Below, piece after piece: positions 56,501 to 64,000 of a stretch of DNA of 64,000 bases (positions are counted from its first letter, which is position 1; each line of letters opens with the position of its first letter). Origin of the DNA: the human T2T-CHM13v2.0 reference genome, Homo sapiens; assembly GCF_009914755.1 (NCBI RefSeq), contig NC_060943.1; one strand, given 5' to 3'. The notes under the pieces were generated by a model. That model did no database searches. It was given only the letters and a program-made list of their open reading frames with translations, and was not told the origin of the DNA. The position numbers were made by a program, and so were the translations under genes.

Positions 56501-59500
56501 TTCAACTCACAGAGTTGAACATACCTTTTCATAGAGCAGTTTTGAAAACCTCTTTTTGTAGAATCTGCAAGAGGATATTCGGACCACTTTGAGGCCTTCA
56601 TAGGAAACAGTAATATCTTCACATAAAAACTAGATAGAAGCATTGTCAGAAAGTTCTTTGTGATGTGTGAATTCCACTCACAGAGTTGAACCTTCCTTTA
56701 ATAGAGCAGTTTTGAAACACTCTTTTTCTAGAATCTGCAAGTAGATATTTGGAGCGCTTTGAGGCCTTCTTTGGAAACCGGAATATCTTCACATAAAAAG
56801 TAGATAGAGGCATGCTCAGAAACTTTTTTGTCATATGTAGATTCAACTCACAGCGTTGAACCTTTCTTTTGATAGAGCAGTTTTGAAAAACTCTTTTATC
56901 GAATCTGCAAGTAGACATTTGGAGTGCTTTGAGGGCTCTGGTGCAAAAGGAAATGTCTTCCCATAGAAACTAGACTGAATCATTCTCAGCAACTTCTTGG
57001 TGACGTTTGCATTCATCTCACAGTGTTGAACATACCTTTGCATAGAGTAGTTTCGAAACACTATTTTTGTAGAATCTGCAAGTGGACATTTGGACTGCTT
57101 TGAGGCCTTCATCGGAAACGGGAATATCTTCACATAAACACTAGACAGAAGCATTCTCAGAAACTTCTTTGTGATCTGTCCGTTCAACTCACAGAGTTGA
57201 ACCTTCCTTTTTATGGAGCAGTTTTGAAACACTGTTTGTGGAGAATCTGCAAGTGGATATTTGGAGCGCCTTGAGGCCAATGGTAGAAAAAGAAATATCT
57301 GCCTCTAAATACTAGACTGAAGCATTCTGAGAAACTTCTTTGTGATGTTTGCATTCAACTACCAGAGTTGAACCTTCCTTTTGATAGGGCAGTTTGGAAA
57401 CACTCTTTTTGTAGAATCTGCATGTGGATATCTGGAGCGATTTGAGGCCTACGGTCAAAAAGGAAATATCTTCCTGGGAAAAATAGACGAAAGCATTCTC
57501 AGAAACTGCTTTGTGATATGTGCATTCGACTCTCCGAGTTGAAACTTTTTTTTGATAGAGCAGTTTTGAAACACTCTGTAGAATCTGAAAGTGGATATTT
57601 GGAGCTCTTCGAGGGCTATGGCGGAAAAGAAAATATATTCACATTAAACTAGACAGCAGCATTCTCAGAGACTTCTTTAGGATGTTTGCAGTAAACTCAC
57701 AGAGTTGAACATACCTTTCCGTAAAGCAGTTTTGAAACCCTCTGTTTGTGGGATCTGCAAGTGGATATTTGGACCGCTTTGAGACCTTTGCTGGAAATGG
57801 GAATATCTTCACATATAAACTAGACAGAAGCATTCTCAGAAACTTCTTCGTGATGTGTGCATTCTACTCCCAAATTTGAATCTTCCTTTTCATGAAGCAG
57901 TTTTGAAACACTCTATTTGTGCATTCTACAATTGGATGATTGGAACGCTTTGATGCCCATGGTAGAAAAGGAAATATCCTCATATAAAAACTAGACAGAA
58001 GGATTCACAGAAAATGCTTTGTGATGTGTGCATTCAAATCACGGAGTTGAATCTTTCTTTTGTTAGAGCAGTTTTGAAACACTGTTTCTGTGGAATCTGC
58101 CAGCGGACACTTGGAGCGCTTTGAGGGCTACGGTGGAGAAGGAAATATCTTCACATAAAAAATAGAAAGAAGCATTCTCAGAAACATTTATGTGAAGCGT
58201 GCATTCAACTCACAGAGTTGAACCTTCCTTTTGATAGAACAGTTTTGAAACACTCTTTTGAACAATTGCAGGTGAATCTTTGGAGCGCTTTGAAGCCTTT
58301 GTTGGAAATGGGAATATCTTCACACACAAACTAGCCAGAAGCATTCTCAGAAACTTCTTTGTGATGTGTGCATTGAACCCAGAGAGATGAACCTTTCCTT
58401 TGATAGAGCAGTTTTGAAACGTGTTTTTGTAAGATCTGCAAGCGGATAATTGGCTTCGCTTTGTGTCCTTTGGTGGAAACGGGAATATCTTCTAATAAAA
58501 ACTAGACAGAGATATTCTCAGAAACTTCTTTGTGATGTGGGCATTCAACTGACACAGTTGAACATTTCTTTTCACAGAGCAGTTTTGAAACACTCTTTTG
58601 GTCGAATCTGCCAGTGGATATTTGGAGCGCTTTGAGGGCTATTGTGACAATGGAAATATCTGCCCCTAAAAACTAGACAGAAGCATTCTCAGAAACTGCT
58701 TTGTGATGTTTGCATTCAACTCACAGAGTTGAACCTACCTTTTCATAGAGCAGTTTTGAAAACCTCTTTTTGTAGAATCTGCAAGAGGATATTCGGACCA
58801 CTTTGAGGCCTTCATAGGAAACAGTAATATCTTCACATAAAAACTAGATAGAAGCATTGTCAGAAAGTTCTTTGTGATGTGTGAATTCAACTCACAGAGT
58901 TGAACCTTCCTTTAATAGAGCAGTTTTGAAACACTCTTTTTCTAGAATCTGCAAGTAGATATTTGGAGCGCTTTGAGGCCTTCTTTGGAAACCGGAATAT
59001 CTTCACATAAAAAGTAGATAGAGGCATGCTCAGAAACTTTTTTGTCATATGTAGATTCAACTCACAGCGTTGAACCTTTCTTTTGATAGAGCAGTTTTGA
59101 AAAACTCTTTTATCGAATCTGCAAGTAGACATTTGGAGTGCTTTGAGGGCTCTGGTGCAAAAGGAAATGTCTTCCCATAGAAACTAGACTGAATCATTCT
59201 CAGCAACTTCTTGGTGACGTTTGCATTCATCTCACAGTGTTGAACATACCTTTGCATAGAGTAGTTTCGAAACACTATTTTTGTAGAATCTGCAAGTGGA
59301 CATTTGGACTGCTTTGAGGCCTTCATCGGAAACGGGAATATCTTCACATAAACACTAGACAGAAGCATTCTCAGAAACTTCTTTGTGATCTGTCCGTTCA
59401 ACTCACAGAGTTGAACCTTCCTTTTTATGGAGCAGTTTTGAAACACTGTTTGTGGAGAATCTGCAAGTGGATATTTGGAGCGCCTTGAGGCCAATGGTAG

Positions 59501-62069
59501 AAAAAGAAATATCTGCCTCTAAATACTAGACTGAAGCATTCTGAGAAACTTCTTTGTGATGTTTGCATTCAACTACCAGAGTTGAACCTTCCTTTTGATA
59601 GGGCAGTTTGGAAACACTCTTTTTGTAGAATCTGCATGTGGATATCTGGAGCGATTTGAGGCCTACGGTCAAAAAGGAAATATCTTCCTGGGAAAAATAG
59701 ACGAAAGCATTCTCAGAAACTGCTTTGTGATATGTGCATTCGACTCTCCGAGTTGAAACTTTTTTTTGATAGAGCAGTTTTGAAACACTCTGTAGAATCT
59801 GAAAGTGGATATTTGGAGCTCTTCGAGGGCTATGGCGGAAAAGAAAATATATTCACATTAAACTAGACAGCAGCATTCTCAGAGACTTCTTTAGGATGTT
59901 TGCAGTAAACTCACAGAGTTGAACATACCTTTCTGTAAAGCAGTTTTGAAACCCTCTGTTTGTGGGATCTGCAAGTGGATATTTGGACCGCTTTGAGACC
60001 TTTGCTGGAAATGGGAATATCTTCACATATAAACTAGACAGAAGCATTCTCAGAAACTTCTTCGTGATGTGTGCATTCTACTCCCAAATTTGAATCTTCC
60101 TTTTCATGAAGCAGTTTTGAAACACTCTATTTGTGCATTCTACAATTGGATGATTGGAACGCTTTGATGCCCATGGTAGAAAAGGAAATATCCTCATATA
60201 AAAACTAGACAGAAGGATTCACAGAAAATGCTTTGTGATGTGTGCATTCAAATCACGGAGTTGAATCTTTCTTTTGTTAGAGCAGTTTTGAAACACTGTT
60301 TCTGTGGAATCTGCCAGCGGACACTTGGAGCGCTTTGAGGGCTACGGTGGAGAAGGAAATATCTTCACATAAAAACTAGAAAGAAGCATTCTCAGAAACA
60401 TTTATGTGAAGCGTGCATTCAACTCACAGAGTTGAACCTTCCTTTTGATAGAACAGTTTTGAAACACTCTTTTGAACAATTGCAGGTGAATCTTTGGAGC
60501 GCTTTGAAGCCTTTGTTGGAAATGGGAATATCTTCACACACAAACTAGCCAGAAGCATTCTCAGAAACTTCTTTGTGATGTGTGCGTTGAACCCAGAGAG
60601 ATGAACCTTTCCTTTGATAGAGCAGTTTTGAAACGTGTTTTTGTAAGATCTGCAAGCGGATAATTGGCTTCGCTTTGTGTCCTTTGGTGGAAACGGGAAT
60701 ATCTTCTAATAAAAACTAGACAGAGATATTCTCAGAAATTTCTTTGTGATGTGGGCATTCATCTAACACAGTCGAAGATTTCTTTTCACAGAGCAGTTTT
60801 GAAACACTCTTTTGGTCGAATCTGCCAGTGGATATTTGGAGCGCTTTGAGGGCTATTGTGCCAATGGAAATATCTGCCCCTAAAAACTAGACAGAAGCAT
60901 TCTCAGAAACTGCTTTGTGATGTTTGCATTCAACTCACAGAGTTGAACATACCTTTTCATAGAGCAGTTTTGAAAACCTCTTTTTGTAGAATCTGCAAGA
61001 GGATATTCGGACCACTTTGAGGCCTTCATAGGAAACAGTAATATCTTCACATAAAAACTAGATAGAAGCATTGTCAGAAAGTTCTTTGTGATGTGTGAAT
61101 TCAACTCACAGAGTTGAACCTTCCTTTAATAGAGCAGTTTTGAAACACTCTTTTTCTAGAATCTGCAAGTAGATATTTGGAGCGCTTTGAGGCCTTCTTT
61201 GGAAACCGGAATATCTTCACATAAAAAGTAGATAGAGGCATGCTCAGAAACTTTTTTGTCATATGTAGATTCAACTCACAGCGTTGAACCTTTCTTTTGA
61301 TAGAGCAGTTTTGAAAAACTCTTTTATCGAATCTGCAAGTAGACATTTGGAGTGCTTTGAGGGCTCTGGTGCAAAAGGAAATGTCTTCCCATAGAAACTA
61401 GACTGAATCATTCTCAGCAACTTCTTGGTGACGTTTGCATTCATCTCACAGTGTTGAACATACCTTTGCATAGAGTAGTTTCGAAACACTATTTTTGTAG
61501 AATCTGCAAGTGGACATTTGGACTGCTTTGAGGCCTTCATCGGAAACGGGAATATCTTCACATAAACACTAGACAGAAGCATTCTCAGAAACTTCTTTGT
61601 GATCTGTCCGTTCAACTCACAGAGTTGAACCTTCCTTTTTATGGAGCAGTTTTGAAACACTGTTTGTGGAGAATCTGCAAGTGGATATTTGGAGCGCCTT
61701 GAGGCCAATGGTAGAAAAAGAAATATCTGCCTCTAAATACTAGACTGAAGCATTCTGAGAAACTTCTTTGTGATGTTTGCATTCAACTACCAGAGTTGAA
61801 CCTTCCTTTTGATAGGGCAGTTTGGAAACACTCTTTTTGTAGAATCTGCATGTGGATATCTGGAGCGATTTGAGGCCTACGGTCAAAAAGGAAATATCTT
61901 CCTGGGAAAAATAGACGAAAGCATTCTCAGAAACTGCTTTGTGATATGTGCATTCGACTCTCCGAGTTGAAACTTTTTTTTGATAGAGCAGTTTTGAAAC
62001 ACTCTGTAGAATCTGAAAGTGGATATTTGGAGCTCTTTGAGGGCTATGGCGGAAAAGAAAATATATTCA
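41542..62069 (+). repeat. 13-mer alpha-satellite HOR block (2,214 bp unit, ~9.3 copies); probably SF5, chr5 D5Z1/pG-A16-like
   Basis: GAATTC at 43385, 45599, 47813, 50027, 52241, 54455, 56669, 58883, 61097, at exact 2,214-bp spacing. Diagnostic sequences absent from the 17-mer include 'gcggataattggcttcgctttgtgtcc', 'cattcgactctccgag' and 'gtgcattctacaattggatgattgg'. Locus name from memory, unverified. Confidence 0.93.
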
Positions 62070-62084
62070 CATTAAACTAGACAG

Positions 62085-64000
62085 AAGCATCCTCAGAAAC
62101 TTCTTTATGATGTTTGCATTAAACTCACAGAGTTGAACATACCTTTCCATAGAGCAGTTTTGAAACACTCTTTTTGGGGAATCCGCAAGTGGATATTTGG
62201 ACCGCTTTGAGACCTTTGCTGGAAATGGGAATATCTTCACATATAAACTAGACAGAAGCATTCTCGGAAACTTCTTCGTGATGTGTGCATTCTGCTCCCA
62301 AAGTTGAACCTTCCTCTTCATAAAGCAGTTTTGAAACACTCTTTTGTACAATCTACCATTGGATATGTGGAAGGCTTTGATGCCCATGGTGGAAAAGGAA
62401 ACATCCTCATATAAAATCTAGACAGAAGGATTCACAGAAACTGCTGTGTGATGTGTGCATCGAAATCACGGAGTTGAACTTTTCTTTTGTTAGAGCAGTT
62501 TTGAAACCCTGTTTCCGTGGAATCTGCCAGTGGACATTTGGAGCGCATTGAGGGCTATGGTGGAGAAGGAAATATCTTCACATAAAAACTAGAAAGAAGC
62601 ATTCTCAGAAACATCTATGTGAAGTGTGCATTCAACTCACAGAGTTGAACCTTCCTTTTGATAGAAGAGTTTTGAAACACTCTTTTGTACAATTGCAGGT
62701 GAATATTTGGAGCGCTTTGAAGCCTTTGTTGGAAATGGGAATATCCTCACATAAAAACTAGCCAGAAGCATTCTCAGAAACTTCTTTGTGATGTGTGCAT
62801 TGAACCCAGAGAGATGAACCGTTCCTTTGAGAGAGCAGTTTTGAAACGTGTTCTTGTAAGATCTGCAAGTGGATATTTGGGGCGCTTTGAGCCCTTAGGT
62901 GTAAACGGGAATATCTTCGAATAAAAACTAGACAGAATTATTCTCAGAATCTTCTTTGTGATGTGGGCATTCAACTAACACAGTTGAACATGTCTTTTGA
63001 CAGAGCAGTTCTGAAACACTCTTTTTGTAGAATCCGCCAGTGGATATTTGGAGCGCTCTGAGGGGTATTGTGCAAATGGAAATATCTTCACCTAAAAACT
63101 AGACCGAAGCAATCCCAGAAACTACTTTGTGATGTTTGCATTCAACTCACAGAGTTGAACCTACCTCTTCATAGAGCAGTTTGGAAAACCTCTTTTTGTA
63201 GAATCTGCAAGTGGATATTTGGACCACTTTGAGGCCTTCATAGGAAACAGTACTATCTTCACATAAAAACTAGGTAGAAGCATTGTCAGAAAATTCTTTG
63301 TGATGTGTGAATTCAACTCACAGAGTTGAACCTTCCTTTAATAGAGCAGTTTTGAAACACTCTTTTTGTAGAATCTGCAAGTAGATATTTGGAGCGCTTT
63401 GAGGCCTTCGTTGGAAACCGGAATATCTTCACATAAAAAGTAGATAGAGGCATTCTCAGAAACTTTTTTGTGATATGTAGATTCAACTCACAGCGCTGAA
63501 CCTTTCTTTTGATAGAGCAGTTTTGAAAAACTCTTTTATCGAATCTGCAAGTAGACATTTGGAGTGCTTTGAGGGCTGTGGTCGAAAAGGAAATATCTTC
63601 ACATAGAAACTAGACTGAAGCATTCTCAGCAACTTCTTTGTGACGTTTGCATTCATCTCACAGTGTTGAACATACCTTTTCATAGAGCAGTTTTGAAACA
63701 CTATTTTTGTAGTATCTGCAAGTGGATATTTGGACTGCTTTGAGGCCTTCATTGGAAACGGGAATATCTTCACATAAACACTAGACAGAAGCATTCTCTG
63801 AAACTTCTTTCTGATGTGTGTATTCAACTCACAGAGTTGAACCATCTTTTTTATGGAGCGGTTTTGAAACAGTGTTTTTGTAGAATCAGCAAGTGGATAT
63901 TTGGAGCGCTTTGAGGCCTCTGGTGGAAAGGGAATGTCTTCACATAAAAACTGGACAGAAGCATTCTCAGAAACATCTTTGTGATGTTTGCATTCAACTC
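62085..64000 (+). repeat. Resumption of 17-mer HOR (monomers 11-17, then 1-5, truncated by window end)
   Basis: 17-mer alleles return ('gaagcatcctcag', 'ggggaatccgc', 'tacaatctaccattgg', 'gaccgaagcaatccc'), and the 17-mer-only monomer 4 ('ccatcttttttatggagcgg', 'cctctggtggaaaggg') appears at ~63,790-63,960. Confidence 0.95.

Larger units (their letters stand above)
1..64000 (+). repeat. Alpha-satellite (alphoid) array, ~171-bp monomers, single orientation throughout
   Basis: Canonical alphoid motifs recur every ~171 bp: 'cattctcagaaacttctttgtgatg', 'cattcaactcacagagttgaac', 'gatagagcagttttgaaacactc', 'gaatctgcaagtggatatttgga', 'tatcttcacataaaaactagacagaag'. No non-alphoid sequence seen. Confidence 0.99.

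Noticed and set aside
41483-62084. 13-mer block as a transposable element or as a simple deletion variant of the local 17-mer
   Set aside because: There are no terminal repeats, poly-A tail, short target-site duplication or coding capacity. All monomers are diverged from the flanking 17-mer, which a fresh deletion would not produce.
133-63845. Numerous 60-200 aa ORFs (e.g. MSTCRFDK..., MGIKAFHI..., MVQLCELN...)
   Set aside because: They recur exactly with HOR periodicity, are internally repetitive with the 57-codon monomer, and are freely broken by indels and stops between copies. They are typical spurious alphoid translations with no recognisable domains.
1-64000. CRISPR-like repeat/spacer appearance of conserved motifs every ~171 bp
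   Set aside because: The intervening sequence is homologous between monomers, not unique spacers. There are no cas genes, and this is satellite DNA.
1-64000. L1/Alu insertion or strand inversion within the array
   Set aside because: Unit spacings are fully explained by 13, 17 or 18 monomers plus 1-2 bp indels, and all motifs stay on the same strand.

Overview
The whole 64 kb window is primate (very probably human) centromeric/pericentromeric alpha-satellite DNA: head-to-tail ~171-bp monomers in one orientation, with no genes, retroelement insertions or inversions visible. All listed ORFs are by-products of the repeat. The monomers form higher-order repeats (HORs), each with one EcoRI site. 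From 1 to ~41.5 kb there are 14 complete units of a 17-mer HOR family (eleven 17-mers of ~2,895 bp and three 18-mer variants of ~3,066 bp). From ~41.5 to ~62.08 kb there is a very homogeneous block of ~9.3 copies of a related but diverged 13-mer HOR (2,214 bp), and then the 17-mer resumes. The irregular A/B monomer order, scarce CENP-B boxes and the 17-mer/13-mer unit sizes fit what I recall of the SF5 pG-A16-type arrays of chr19 (17-mer) and chr5 (13-mer); this assignment is from memory and unverified. The most notable structure is the ~20.5 kb island of the foreign 13-mer, spliced in monomer register into the 17-mer array with both junctions mappable to <60 bp. Other points of interest are a CpG excess in the 13-mer, haplotype-wise gain/loss of the single CENP-B box, and layered local and long-range duplications.
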